Notes: generated by a model not told the origin, from the letters alone. Shown: positions 27,123-39,690, counted from the first letter of the stretch. The stretch is 64,000 nucleotides of DNA from Symbiobacteriaceae bacterium (GCA_035628915.1 DASPIW010000057.1:252262-316261); one strand, 5' to 3'. Translations and numbers: made by a program.

Positions 27123-27689
27123 TTACTCCCCTTTATTCCCTTCGCTGACCGCCACGGCCTCCTTGGCGGGGAGTTCGACCGCCGCCCCGTTCGCGGCGGC
27201 CTCTTCCGCCTCTTCCGTGCCGGGTTTCACTTCCCGGAGATTCGCACACTTGTCGGTGTACAGGATGCCATCCAGATGGTCAATTTCGTGCTGGAAGATG
27301 CGGGCCAGCCACCCCTCGGCGTCAATATATACCTTTCGGCCGTTGCGGTCGAGCGCCACGACCTGGATTTTCTCATACCGGTACACGTCGCCCAGGTAGC
27401 CGGGGATCGACAGACAGCCTTCGCTGCCCAGCACCCAGCCCTCCTTCGCGACGATTTCCGGGTTGACCAGCTGGAACAGTCCGGTCTCTTCATCGTGCGG
27501 ATCGATGACGATGATCCGTTTGGAGACGCCGACTTGCGGCGCCGCCAGCCCCACGCCCGGCGCCTCGTACATTGTCTCGGCCATGTCGTCCAGGAGCTGC
27601 CGGATGGACGCGTTGACTTTGGTGACCGGCTTGGCCTTCTTGCGCAAAACCTCGGCGTTCGTGTCGGTGATGATGTTCAGGATCGCCAT
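27123..27689 (-). CDS. def: Peptide deformylase
   Basis: 188 aa. Motifs: GVGLAAPQVG, EGCLSIPG, QHEIDHLDG. Confidence 0.95.
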   Translation of the reverse strand: MAILNIITDTNAEVLRKKAKPVTKVNASIRQLLDDMAETMYEAPGVGLAAPQVGVSKRIIVIDPHDEETGLFQLVNPEIVAKEGWVLGSEGCLSIPGYLGDVYRYEKIQVVALDRNGRKVYIDAEGWLARIFQHEIDHLDGILYTDKCANLREVKPGTEEAEEAAANGAAVELPAKEAVAVSEGNKGE

Positions 27690-27731
27690 ATCTCAGATAG
27701 CCCTCCACTTCGCAATCGCACCGCAAATTCC

Positions 27732-29993
27732 TTATAAAATGCTCACAGGCCCCACGTCGACGCTGAGCCTGATCTCCTTCCCCTTGCGCCACTTGCCGCC
27801 CGCTGCGGCGAAGGCGGCCCGGATCTCCCGGGTCATACGGGTCGGGTCGGGACCTTTCAGCACGAGATGGTGGCGGAACTGGCCCCGGAGCCGGGAGAGC
27901 GGTGCCGGCGCCGGACCCAGTACCTGTCCGTGGAAATGGCACTGCTGGAGCAGGTCGGCTATGCTTGCCGTCGTCTGCATCACCGCTGCTTCGTCTTCGC
28001 CGGTCACCAGGATGCGGATCAGATGGGAGAACGGCGGGTAATCCTGTTCGCGGCGGAAGATCATCTCCCGGTCGTGGAAGGTCTGGAAATCATGATGCTG
28101 TGCGGCCTGCAGGCTGTAGTGGTCGGGCTGGTAGCTCTGGACGAGCACCCGCCCGGGCTTCAGCCCCCGCCCGGCCCGGCCCGCGACCTGGGTGACCAGT
28201 TGAAAAGTCCGCTCTGCCGCCCGGAAGTCCGGCAGGTTCAGCGACGTATCCGCCAGCACGACGCCCACCAGGGTCACTTCCGGGAAATCGAGCCCCTTGG
28301 CGATCATTTGCGTGCCGACCAGCACGTCGACTTTCCGCTCGCCAAAAAGCTTGAGGATGGCGGCATGCGAACCTTTCCGTCTCGTCGTATCGACGTCCAT
28401 GCGGGCGACGCGGATACGGGGATAGAGCCGGTTCAGCTCCTCCTCCACCCGCTCAGTGCCGGCGCCCATGTGACGTATCTGCTTGGATTTGCAGTTCGGG
28501 CAGATGACCGGCACGCGGGCCTGGTGGTCGCAGTAGTGGCAGTTCAAGTGGTTGTCGCCCAGGTGGTAGGTCATGGCGACGGCGCAGTTGGGACAGGTAA
28601 TGGCTTCGCCGCAACTACGGCACATGATGAACGTGTTGTATCCGCGGCGGTTGAGGAAGAGAATCGCCTGCTCGCCAGCCGCCAGCGTCTGGTCGAGAGC
28701 TTCCTGCAGGGCCCGGCTGAAAATCGACCGGTTGCCTGCCTGCAGTTCTTCCCGCATGTCGACCAGGGTGACCGCCGGCATGGGGCGCACATCGACCCGG
28801 TGGAGCATGGCGACGAGCCGGTATTGCCCCGTCTGCGCCTTATGGAAGGATTCGAGCGCCGGGGTGGCGCTGCCGAGGACCAGCAGCGCGCCTGCCAGGC
28901 GCGCCCGCTCTTCGGCGACGTCGCGGGCATGATAGCACGGGGCCGGACTCTCCTGTTTGTAGCTATGCTCATGTTCCTCGTCAATGATGATAAGGCCCAC
29001 GTTTTCAAACGGGGCAAAAATCGCACTGCGGGCGCCGACGACGATGGAGACATCGCCCCGGCGAATCCGCTGCCATTCGTCGAACTTCTCGCCGGCGGAC
29101 AGGGCGCTGTGCAGCACCGCAACGGCGGCCCCGAACCGGGCGCGGAACCGGCCGATCATCTGCGGCGTCAGGGCGATTTCCGGGACGAGACAGATGGCCT
29201 GCTTCCCCTGCTCGCGCACCGCGGCGATGGCCCGCAGGTAAAGCTCCGTCTTGCCGGAGCCGGTGACGCCGTGGATCAGCACCGGCTGTCGAAAACCAGG
29301 CGGGGCCATGAGCTCCTGCCCAATCGAACGGAGCGCATCAGCCTGCTCGGGCGTCAGGGTAGGCGGCAGTTGGGCGGCCACTTTCTCGCCGCCGAAGGGG
29401 TCTCGCCGCTTCAGCGACTCGCCCGCTTCGATCCACCCTTTCTCCAGGCCGACCTTGATCGCCCCGCGCACCGTGTCGCCCAGGTGCTCCACCAGTGCGG
29501 GCAGAGCGGCGTCGCCGCCATTGCCCACCAGGTACTCCAGCAGCGCTGCCTGTTTGGGCGCCCGCTTGCGAATGCCGGCGGCAATTTCGTGGGCGACTTC
29601 ATCTTCAAGCAGCAGCCGGTAGTGGGTGATTTTCAGGGTCTTCACTTCCTGCCGCCGGGCTTCAGCGGGCAGGAGGAGCCGCAGGGCGGCGGCAAAGGTG
29701 GAAAGGTAGCGATCGGCCGTCCAGCGGGCCAGGTCGATCAGGTGGCGGGGAATGGGCGGAATGTCGGCCAGCAGCCCCTCCACCGGCTTGATCGCGACGC
29801 CTTCCGGGGCCGTGTCGGCCGGCCCGACGTAGAGGCCCACCATCGCCCGGGGGCCGAACCGGACCCTGACCCACTGTCCCGGCACCAGCCTGCCGGTGAG
29901 CGACGGCGGCACCGCATAGGTGTAGAGCCGGTCGGTCCCCTCGGCGGTCACATCAACGGCAACCTGCGCCAGCTGCACAGACTCAACGCCCAA
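27732..29993 (-). CDS. priA: Primosomal replication-restart helicase PriA
   Basis: 753 aa. Walker A GVTGSGKTE; IIIDEEHE; Cys-rich zinc region CRSCGEAITCPNC..CHYCDH..CPNC. Confidence 0.95.
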   Translation of the reverse strand: MGVESVQLAQVAVDVTAEGTDRLYTYAVPPSLTGRLVPGQWVRVRFGPRAMVGLYVGPADTAPEGVAIKPVEGLLADIPPIPRHLIDLARWTADRYLSTFAAALRLLLPAEARRQEVKTLKITHYRLLLEDEVAHEIAAGIRKRAPKQAALLEYLVGNGGDAALPALVEHLGDTVRGAIKVGLEKGWIEAGESLKRRDPFGGEKVAAQLPPTLTPEQADALRSIGQELMAPPGFRQPVLIHGVTGSGKTELYLRAIAAVREQGKQAICLVPEIALTPQMIGRFRARFGAAVAVLHSALSAGEKFDEWQRIRRGDVSIVVGARSAIFAPFENVGLIIIDEEHEHSYKQESPAPCYHARDVAEERARLAGALLVLGSATPALESFHKAQTGQYRLVAMLHRVDVRPMPAVTLVDMREELQAGNRSIFSRALQEALDQTLAAGEQAILFLNRRGYNTFIMCRSCGEAITCPNCAVAMTYHLGDNHLNCHYCDHQARVPVICPNCKSKQIRHMGAGTERVEEELNRLYPRIRVARMDVDTTRRKGSHAAILKLFGERKVDVLVGTQMIAKGLDFPEVTLVGVVLADTSLNLPDFRAAERTFQLVTQVAGRAGRGLKPGRVLVQSYQPDHYSLQAAQHHDFQTFHDREMIFRREQDYPPFSHLIRILVTGEDEAAVMQTTASIADLLQQCHFHGQVLGPAPAPLSRLRGQFRHHLVLKGPDPTRMTREIRAAFAAAGGKWRKGKEIRLSVDVGPVSIL

Positions 29994-31185
29994 GGAGCAG
30001 CACCGCCTTGTCCAGGATCCGGTCGGCGACTTCCCGCTTGCTCATGAGGGGCAGCTCTTCTACGGCACTGCCCGTGACGAAGCTGACCTTGTTCGTCTCG
30101 GTGCCGAAGCCGGCGCCCGCCGCCGTCACATCGTTGGCGACGACGAAATCGGCGTTCTTCTTGACGAGCTTTTCCCGCGCATGGTCGATCAGATGCTCGG
30201 TTTCCGCGGCAAACGCCACGGTCACCTGTCCGGGCGCCTTCCGGCGCCCCAGCTCGGCAATGATATCCGGGTTCTTGACCAGCCTGATCGCCATTTCGTC
30301 GCCGGCCTTCTTGATCTTCTGATCGTGGTAATCGGCGGGACGGTAATCTGCGGGCGCCGCGGCGGCAATGGTGATGTCCGCGCCGGCGAAGGCTGCGCCG
30401 CAGGCCTCCAGCATCTGCACGGCGGATTCGATCCGTACGGTGTAAACCCCGGCGGGCGGGTTCAGGGTCGAGGGGCCGGTCACCAGCGTGACCGCGGCGC
30501 CCCGGGCTGCGGCGGCCTCGGCGATGGCGTAGCCCATCTTGCCCGTGGAGCGGTTGCCGATGTAGCGGACGGGGTCCAGCGCTTCCCTGGTAGTGCCTGC
30601 CGTGACGAGGACCTTCCGGCCCGCCAGGTCACGCCGGGGCATCAGCAGCCGCAGCGCTTCTTCCACGATTTCGGCGGGCTCAGGCAGCCGGCCCTTGCCT
30701 GTCAGACCCGAAGCAAACCGGCCTTCGCAGGGCTCCATCAGGCGCCAGCCCTGGTTGGCAAGTGTCGCCAGGTTTCGCTGGGTAATCGGCGCGGCATACA
30801 TGTTGGCTTCCATGGCGGGACAGATCAGTACCGGACAGCGCGCCGCCAGCCCGCACACGCCGATCCAATCCGCCGCATGGCCGCCGGCCAGGTTGGCGAT
30901 GGTGTTGGCGGTGGCGGGCGCGACGATGATGAGGTCGGCCTGATGGGCCAGGCTGACGTGATCTACCCCGCTCGTCTGTTCCCGCATGATCTCCACCATG
31001 ACGGGGTTGTGGCAAATCGCCTGGAACGTCAACGGGGCAACCAGCTTCGTGGCCGCAGGGGTCATCAGCACGTGGACTGCGGCGCCCAGCTTGACCAGCC
31101 GGGAAGTGATCTCTACCGCCTTGTACGCCGCGATGCCACCGCTGACGCCCAGCAGAACGGTCTTTCCCTGCAGCGGCAGTTCCAT
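29983..31185 (-). CDS. coaBC: Bifunctional phosphopantothenoylcysteine decarboxylase / synthetase
   Basis: 400 aa. Flavoprotein N-domain (GVSGGIAAYK) plus CoaB C-domain. Overlaps the priA start by 11 nt. Confidence 0.93.
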   Translation of the reverse strand: MELPLQGKTVLLGVSGGIAAYKAVEITSRLVKLGAAVHVLMTPAATKLVAPLTFQAICHNPVMVEIMREQTSGVDHVSLAHQADLIIVAPATANTIANLAGGHAADWIGVCGLAARCPVLICPAMEANMYAAPITQRNLATLANQGWRLMEPCEGRFASGLTGKGRLPEPAEIVEEALRLLMPRRDLAGRKVLVTAGTTREALDPVRYIGNRSTGKMGYAIAEAAAARGAAVTLVTGPSTLNPPAGVYTVRIESAVQMLEACGAAFAGADITIAAAAPADYRPADYHDQKIKKAGDEMAIRLVKNPDIIAELGRRKAPGQVTVAFAAETEHLIDHAREKLVKKNADFVVANDVTAAGAGFGTETNKVSFVTGSAVEELPLMSKREVADRILDKAVLLLGR

Positions 31186-31204
31186 GACTTGGCGTGACCT
31201 CCTG

Positions 31205-31240
31205 AAAAGTATAAAGGGCGCCCGGGCTCCGGGCGCCCAA
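31205..31240 (-). terminator. Hairpin terminator between rpoZ and coaBC
   Basis: Minus strand: GGGCGCCCGG-agc-CCGGGCGCCC followed by TTTATACTTTT. Confidence 0.6.
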
Positions 31241-31263
31241 CTTAGGGCTGCATAGCGGGTGTA

Positions 31264-31482
31264 TCAGTCGTGGGTCCCACGCACCTGGGTCTTCGTCCGC
31301 TCGAAGAACAGCTTGCCGGCCACCAGTTCCTCAAGGGCGATGGTGACGGGCTTGTTTGAGCGGGAATCGACCTGCTTGGACTTGCCGGACTGGATGTCAC
31401 GGCCGCGCCGGGCCGACAGAATGACCAGCGTGTACTTGGAGTCCACCTTATCGATGAGCTGGTCCAGAGACGGTTTGATCAT
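31264..31482 (-). CDS. rpoZ: DNA-directed RNA polymerase subunit omega
   Basis: 72 aa. MIKPSLDQLIDKVDSKYTLVILSARRGRDI. Lies between gmk and coaBC as in Bacillus. Confidence 0.9.
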   Translation of the reverse strand: MIKPSLDQLIDKVDSKYTLVILSARRGRDIQSGKSKQVDSRSNKPVTIALEELVAGKLFFERTKTQVRGTHD

Positions 31483-31483
31483 C

Positions 31484-32113
31484 TCACTCCAACTCTCCTT
31501 TCTCTAGCAGTTGGCGGATTAGGGCCCCGCCATGCCTGGTGGTGCGGCTCTTTTCCGCCACGATGATCGAATGCAGGTGCCGGACTGCTGTCTGCAGTTC
31601 ATCGTTGACTATGACGTAGTCGTACTGGAGTCCTTCTTCAATCCATTTCGGAGCCTGCTGCAGGCGAAGCTGCACCGACTCGTCCGATTCGGTCCCCCTG
31701 CCCATGATACGCCGGCGAAGGGCTTCCATGGACGGCGGAATTACAAAAACAAAGACCGACCCCGGGTACATCTCCCGCACGCGGCGGGCGCCCTGCATAT
31801 CGATATCCAGGATCATGTCGTACCCGTTGTCGATCATTTCATCGACATACTGCCGGGGCGTACCGTACCAGTTCTGATAAACCTGAGCCCATTCCAGCAG
31901 TTCGCCCGCTTGAATGCGGCGCTGGAACTCTTCGTGGGAAAGGAAGAAGTACTCCCTGCCGTCGACTTCGCCGGGGCGCGCCGGGCGGGTGGTACAGGAG
32001 ACGGACCACCTGACGTCCGGCGCCTCCTGCCTCAGGGCATCACAAATGGTGCCCTTCCCGACGGCGGAGGGCCCGGTCACGACAATCAAGAGGCCTTTGA
32101 CTTTGAGCGGCAT
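31484..32113 (-). CDS. gmk: Guanylate kinase
   Basis: 209 aa. P-loop GPSAVGKGT; typical REYFFLSHEEF. Confidence 0.95.
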   Translation of the reverse strand: MPLKVKGLLIVVTGPSAVGKGTICDALRQEAPDVRWSVSCTTRPARPGEVDGREYFFLSHEEFQRRIQAGELLEWAQVYQNWYGTPRQYVDEMIDNGYDMILDIDMQGARRVREMYPGSVFVFVIPPSMEALRRRIMGRGTESDESVQLRLQQAPKWIEEGLQYDYVIVNDELQTAVRHLHSIIVAEKSRTTRHGGALIRQLLEKGELE

Positions 32114-32118
32114 GACTG

Positions 32119-32394
32119 CTATTCGTCCTCTTCTTCGTTGGTGACGGCGACCTCCTTGGAGGTCAGCCGGTGGGCCACCGTTTCAGGCTGGACGGCAGAG
32201 AGAATCACGTGATCGGAATCGGTGATCACGACAGCCCGGGTCCGGCGGCCATACGTAGCGTCAATCAGGACTCCCTTGTCTCTCGCTTCGGTGATGATTC
32301 GCTTGATCGGCGCCGACTCGGGGCTGACGATGGCGACGATCCGGTTGGCCGAGACGATGTTGCCGAAGCCGATGTTCACCAGTTTAATGTCCAC
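32119..32394 (-). CDS. remA: RemA/YlzA (DUF370) regulatory protein
   Basis: 91 aa. Motifs: [58 protein letters not shown] start after GGGAGG. Confidence 0.9.
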   Translation of the reverse strand: MDIKLVNIGFGNIVSANRIVAIVSPESAPIKRIITEARDKGVLIDATYGRRTRAVVITDSDHVILSAVQPETVAHRLTSKEVAVTNEEEDE

Positions 32395-32432
32395 AGCGGG
32401 AGGCCTCCCTACTCAGGCTCAGCCAGATATGC

Positions 32433-33314
32433 TTATTCGATGTTCTGGACCTGCTCACGGATCTTCTCCAGCTCGCTCTTGCATGCAACCACATGGTTGG
32501 TAATGGTGGCGTCGTTGGCCTTGGAGCCGATGGTGTTGATTTCGCGGCCGATCTCCTGCACCAGGAAGTCCAGCTTGCGGCCTACCGCGTCACCGCCACC
32601 CAGGGCGGAGCGGAACTGCGAGAGGTGGCTGGAGAGTCGCTGAATCTCTTCGGTGATGTCGGACCGGTCGGCGAAAATGGCGACTTCCTGAGCCAGACGC
32701 TGGGGGTCGATCACGCCCGACTGGCCGAGCAGGTCCTCGAGCCGTTTGGCGAGGCGGCCACGATACTCGTCGACCACCTGCGGGGCGCGCTGTGCGACGG
32801 CACGGCCTAGTTCTTCAATATGGTCGGCCCGGACCAGCAGGTCCTGCTTCAGGTTGGCCCCTTCCCGCTCGCGCATGGCGATGAGGCTGTCCACCGCTGC
32901 GGCTACGGCAGCCTCAAACGAGGGCCAAAGATCTTCAGCGGTGACTTCGCCTTCCTCCACCTTCAGCACGTCGGGCAATCTCGCCAGAGTATCGAGCGAA
33001 AGCTCCGATTTGCTCCCGATCTCTCCTCCTAGCTCCATCAGGGCATTATAATACGCTATTGCCAGTTCCTTGTCAACCTTGACGCCCCGGGCCTTGGCCG
33101 CTGCCTCCCAGGAGACGAAGACGTCGACTCGACCGCGGCTGACGCGCCCTTGGACGAGTTTGCGGGCCGGCTCTTCCAGGGCGGCGAACTGCCGGGGCAT
33201 CCGGAAGACCACTTCGGAGAAGCGATGGTTGACGGCCTTCATTTCGACGATAATCCGGCCCAGGTCGCCCCCGGCCTCGCCCCGGCCGAAGCCGGTCATG
33301 CTGCGGACAAGCAC
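32433..33314 (-). CDS. yicC: YicC/YloC-family protein
   Basis: 293 aa. N-terminus SMTGFGRGE; C-terminus LVQEIGREINTIGSKAND ... ELEKIREQVQNIE. Confidence 0.9.
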   Translation of the reverse strand: MLVRSMTGFGRGEAGGDLGRIIVEMKAVNHRFSEVVFRMPRQFAALEEPARKLVQGRVSRGRVDVFVSWEAAAKARGVKVDKELAIAYYNALMELGGEIGSKSELSLDTLARLPDVLKVEEGEVTAEDLWPSFEAAVAAAVDSLIAMREREGANLKQDLLVRADHIEELGRAVAQRAPQVVDEYRGRLAKRLEDLLGQSGVIDPQRLAQEVAIFADRSDITEEIQRLSSHLSQFRSALGGGDAVGRKLDFLVQEIGREINTIGSKANDATITNHVVACKSELEKIREQVQNIE

Positions 33315-33420
33315 GTGCGTGAACCCCCTCTATGTAAACCCCGGGCGGGGCGCCCGGGGTTATCCTTTGGCTTTCTTCTGTTCGTGATGCTCTTGGGAAA
33401 CACCTTCCGCTTTTTGTGGG

Positions 33421-33570
33421 ACAGGGAATTAGCCACGGAGAACACGGAAGCCACGGAATGAGAAACACGGAAAATAAATATTAATAATAATTTCATTTTC
33501 CGTGCTGTTCCCGTTCCGTGTTCTCCGTGTTCTCCGTGTCCTCCGTGTCCTCCGTGGCAAAATCCCTGCC
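33421..33570. repeat. Imperfect 150-bp palindrome built from CACGGA(R) units around a pure A/T core
   Basis: Left arm has 4 CACGGA units (33434-33470). A/T core aaaataaatattaataataatttcatttt spans 33470-33500. Right arm has about 6-7 TCCGTG units, including tandem 9-mers TTCTCCGTG x2 and TCCTCCGTG x2 (33501-33557). Inner stem is CACGGAAAAT/ATTTTCCGTG; outer stem is CAGGGAAT/AATCCCTG. Confidence 0.9.
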
Positions 33571-34743
33571 CTATACCTTCACGTGCTTCTGAATTCGCTC
33601 AATCGCCTGCTGGAGCCGCTCCTCCTTCAGGCATAGGGAGAGCCGGACGTAGCCCTCGCCATGGGCGCCGTAGGCGCTGCCGGGGGTGACAATGACGCCC
33701 GCCTCTTCGAGCAGTAAGCCCGCGAAGCTGGTGCTGGTGTGGCCGGCGGGGACCTGCAACCAGAGGTAGAACGAACCCTTCATGGGCTGCGCATCGAGGC
33801 CAATCGCCCGCAGGCCGGCAACGGCCATGTCGCGGCGCCTGGTGTAAATGGCGTTCATTTCGGCGATGAAGCCGTCGGCTTCCGGGCTGGTCAGAGCCTC
33901 GATCGCGGCCTCCTGAATGGCAGTAAACTGGCCGGAGTCCGTGTTCGTCTTGATGATGCCCAGTGCCGCCACGGCCTCGGCGTTGCCGACCAGGGCCGCA
34001 ATACGCCAGCCCGTCATGTTGAACGGCTTGGAGAGCGACCAGAACTCGACGGCGGTCTCCATGGCGCCCTCGACTTCAAAGACGGACGGCGCCTTGAAGC
34101 CGTCGTAGGTCATTTCGGAGTAGGCGTTATCGGAGACGAGCAGGATGTCGTACTTCTTGCAGAAGGCGACCGCTTCCCGGTAGAACTCGATATCGGCGAC
34201 GCCGCCGGTCGGGTTGTTGGGGTAGTTGACGAACAGCAGCTTGGCCTTGCGGGCCACATCTTCCGGAATCGCCTTCAGGTCTGGCAGGAAGTTGTTCTCC
34301 CGGGTGAGGGGCATGAGATACGGCGTGCCCCCGGCCAGCAGCGTGTGGGTCTTGTAAACGGGATAGGCGGGATCGGGCACCAGAGCGATGTCGCCCGGAT
34401 CGATGTACGCCCAGATGATGTGCGCGATGCCTTCCTTGGAGCCGATCAGCGCCAGAGCCTCGGTCTTCGGGTTGAGATCCACGCCAAAGCGCCGCTTATA
34501 GAACTGGGTGACCGCCGTCCGGTACGCCAGAGAACCGTCATAGTCGGGATACTGATGCCACTTGGGGTTTTCCACCGCTTCTTTCATTTTATCGACGACA
34601 AACTTTGGGGTGGGCAGATCGGGGTCGCCGATGCCCAGGGAGATCACGTCAACGCCGCGGGCGATGGCAGCAGCCTTTTTCTTGTCGATCTCGGCAAAAA
34701 GATAGGGTGGGACGGTGGCGATCCGTTCAGCGCGCTTTGGCAT
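33571..34743 (-). CDS. dapL: LL-diaminopimelate aminotransferase (PLP-dependent)
   Basis: 390 aa. Motifs: RIATVPPYLFAEIDKKK, NYPNNPTG, PLP-lysine context SLSKPFNMTGWR. Adjacent to dapF. Confidence 0.85.
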   Translation of the reverse strand: MPKRAERIATVPPYLFAEIDKKKAAAIARGVDVISLGIGDPDLPTPKFVVDKMKEAVENPKWHQYPDYDGSLAYRTAVTQFYKRRFGVDLNPKTEALALIGSKEGIAHIIWAYIDPGDIALVPDPAYPVYKTHTLLAGGTPYLMPLTRENNFLPDLKAIPEDVARKAKLLFVNYPNNPTGGVADIEFYREAVAFCKKYDILLVSDNAYSEMTYDGFKAPSVFEVEGAMETAVEFWSLSKPFNMTGWRIAALVGNAEAVAALGIIKTNTDSGQFTAIQEAAIEALTSPEADGFIAEMNAIYTRRRDMAVAGLRAIGLDAQPMKGSFYLWLQVPAGHTSTSFAGLLLEEAGVIVTPGSAYGAHGEGYVRLSLCLKEERLQQAIERIQKHVKV

Positions 34744-34771
34744 GAATCCGTCAGCCTCCTACTGTGGTTGC

Positions 34772-35656
34772 TTAATACCCCTTCAAAAACTCCCCGTCAC
34801 AGACGTAGGTCGCCGGGCCGGTCTTGAAGACGTGCCCAGTCGCCTCGTCCCAATCGATCTGCAGGTCGCCGCCGGGCAGGTGGACGAGTGTCGAACGGCC
34901 GGTGCGACCCAGCAGGTGTGCGGCCACCGCTACTGCGCTGGCGCCCGTCCCGCAGGCCAGGGTGATGCCCGAGCCGCGTTCCCAGGTGCGCATCTTCAGT
35001 TCGGACGCGCTGATGACCTGGACGAAGTGGACGTTGATGCGCTTGGGGAACAGGGCGTGTCGCTCGATCTTCGGCCCGATATACGCAAGGTCGACACCGT
35101 CGACGTCATCCACGAAAATCATCACATGCGGGTTGCCCATGGAGACGGTGGTGATGCAGTAGGTCCGACCATCCACTTCGAAGGGTTCGTCGACGACGCG
35201 TTCGGCGTCGGCACCGGCCATGGGAATCAGCGATCGCTGAAGGCGGGGCTTGCCCATGTCGACCCGGACGCCGCTGACCTGGCCCTTTTCATCCAGGATA
35301 ATCTCGGGGATGATGGTGCCGGCCAGGGTCTCCACCTTGAAGCGGGTTTTGGTGGTCAGGCCCCGGTCATAGCAGTATCGGGCGAAACAGCGGATGCCGT
35401 TGCCGCACATCTCCCCTTCCGAACCGTCGGCGTTGAACATCCGGAAGCGGAAATCGTGCTCGGCGGACGTCGGGGGCAAAATGACAATCAGGCCGTCGGA
35501 GCCGACACCAAAATGGCGTTCGGCGACGGCGACCGACAGCCCCGGTAGTTTTTCTTCCGGTACCTGCTCCGCGTAATTGTTCACATAGACGTAGTCGTTG
35601 CCGAGGCCTTCCATTTTGGTAAAACGTACCACGGTGTTCGTCGCCCCCGTTACCAT
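34772..35656 (-). CDS. dapF: Diaminopimelate epimerase
   Basis: FTKMEGLGNDYVYV; both catalytic Cys contexts present (MCGNGIRCFA and ACGTGASA). The track ORF (to 35767) has a non-homologous leader, so the start is set at in-frame ATG 35656. Confidence 0.9.
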   Translation of the reverse strand: MVTGATNTVVRFTKMEGLGNDYVYVNNYAEQVPEEKLPGLSVAVAERHFGVGSDGLIVILPPTSAEHDFRFRMFNADGSEGEMCGNGIRCFARYCYDRGLTTKTRFKVETLAGTIIPEIILDEKGQVSGVRVDMGKPRLQRSLIPMAGADAERVVDEPFEVDGRTYCITTVSMGNPHVMIFVDDVDGVDLAYIGPKIERHALFPKRINVHFVQVISASELKMRTWERGSGITLACGTGASAVAVAAHLLGRTGRSTLVHLPGGDLQIDWDEATGHVFKTGPATYVCDGEFLKGY

Positions 35657-35829
35657 GACCAATAGTGGTAATTCATTGTATCTTCGATGGCGGAAGGTGT
35701 CAAATGGCCAATCGCTCCGGTCCAATGCTGGCATTATCCTTCCCTTTTCGCTGCCGGGCCACGCCACGCCTGCTGAAAGGAATTGTTAACCTTTCCACGG
35801 GATATATTCGGAACTGCGAACAATTTCGG

Positions 35830-35863
35830 AAGCCCCTGACCTCGTGTGTGAAGTCAGGGGCTT
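35830..35863 (-). terminator. Hairpin terminator after the lipoprotein gene
   Basis: AAGCCCCTGAC-12 nt-GTCAGGGGCTT, ending 11 nt after the stop at 35874. Confidence 0.6.
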
Positions 35864-35873
35864 GCATATAGGA

Positions 35874-36788
35874 TCAGCGGTTGGCGGGCGTGCCGGTGTG
35901 GCCGGGGCCCATCTGTCCGGGCGGCGTGCCGGTGGCGCCCGGAGCGGGGCTGGCGGCGCCGCCCCCGCCTGCACCGCTGGTGCCGGGGCCACTGGCGCCG
36001 CCGGCGATGGTGGCCTTCCGGCTGATCCGGGCGATGTCATCCATGTACTCGGTGACCGGGGTGCCTCTGCGCATCGCCATGGCCACCTGGGCGAGGCGGG
36101 TGCGGTCACCCGGGTCGGTGACGATGCGAATTTCGGTAAGGCCGCGGCAGGAAGTGCGGATGCGGTCCAGGGCCGTGGTGCCGGTGTCGCCGGCCGTTCC
36201 GGTCGTGCCGGCAGCGCCGCCCCCGCCTGCGGGCATGCCATTGGGGCCGCCGGTCGCGCCGACGGGGCTCCCGGCGGTGCCCGGGGCGGCGGTGGTGCCC
36301 GTTGTGGTGGTGCCCGTCGTGCCGGTGCTGCCGGTCCGCTCGGCGGCGGTGCCGGCGCCCGGGGGAGCCGCGGGCGTCGCCGTGGTACCGGTCGGGCCGC
36401 CGCCCGTGGAGGTCGTGGGCATGTTATCAAAGGTGGGGAGAGCAACCAGGGCGACATTTCCCACAAGGATACCATTAGCCGTGGCTTCGGCGGGGGCGCC
36501 GGCGTTATTCGCGGCTGTACCCGCTGCGCCGGTCGTGCCGCCGGCTGTGCCAGGGGCGCCGCCGGCCGCGCCCGTGGTGCCGCCGGCCGCGCCCGTGGTG
36601 CCGCCACCGCCGCCGGCGGTGCCGGTGGCGTTGCCCAGAGCTACGGCGCAGGCGTCAATATCGCCCGTGGTGGAGTTCTGGACAGTGTTCCCGCCCGGAC
36701 TCCTTTGCGGGGCGCCGGTCGCGCAGCCGACCGCAAGCATGGCTGCCATGGCGGTGAGACCGAGCTGCTGCCAGGTAGTGCGTCTCAT
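35874..36788 (-). CDS. Gly/Thr/Ala-rich lipoprotein, possibly YhcN/YlaJ-like
   Basis: Lipobox AMLAVGC. Two short ordered islands (ILVGNVALVALP; LTEIRIVTDPGDRTRLAQVAMAMRRGTPVTEYMDDIARISRKA) sit in long GGTTGAAG-type low-complexity sequence. The three other long ORFs over this region are shadows. Confidence 0.55.
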   Translation of the reverse strand: MRRTTWQQLGLTAMAAMLAVGCATGAPQRSPGGNTVQNSTTGDIDACAVALGNATGTAGGGGGTTGAAGGTTGAAGGAPGTAGGTTGAAGTAANNAGAPAEATANGILVGNVALVALPTFDNMPTTSTGGGPTGTTATPAAPPGAGTAAERTGSTGTTGTTTTGTTAAPGTAGSPVGATGGPNGMPAGGGGAAGTTGTAGDTGTTALDRIRTSCRGLTEIRIVTDPGDRTRLAQVAMAMRRGTPVTEYMDDIARISRKATIAGGASGPGTSGAGGGGAASPAPGATGTPPGQMGPGHTGTPANR

Positions 36789-36846
36789 GTCTGGTCTCCT
36801 TTCAGTTGGCTCCTGCTGAAATTAGCCTCACCACCGAGAGGCTCAG

Positions 36847-39690
<2,844 letters not shown>

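Noticed and set aside
33296-33496. 66-aa minus-strand ORF starting in the A/T core of the CACGGA palindrome
   Set aside because: The reading frame is created by the repeat element itself and runs into the yicC start region. It has no RBS, and its composition is dictated by the repeats.
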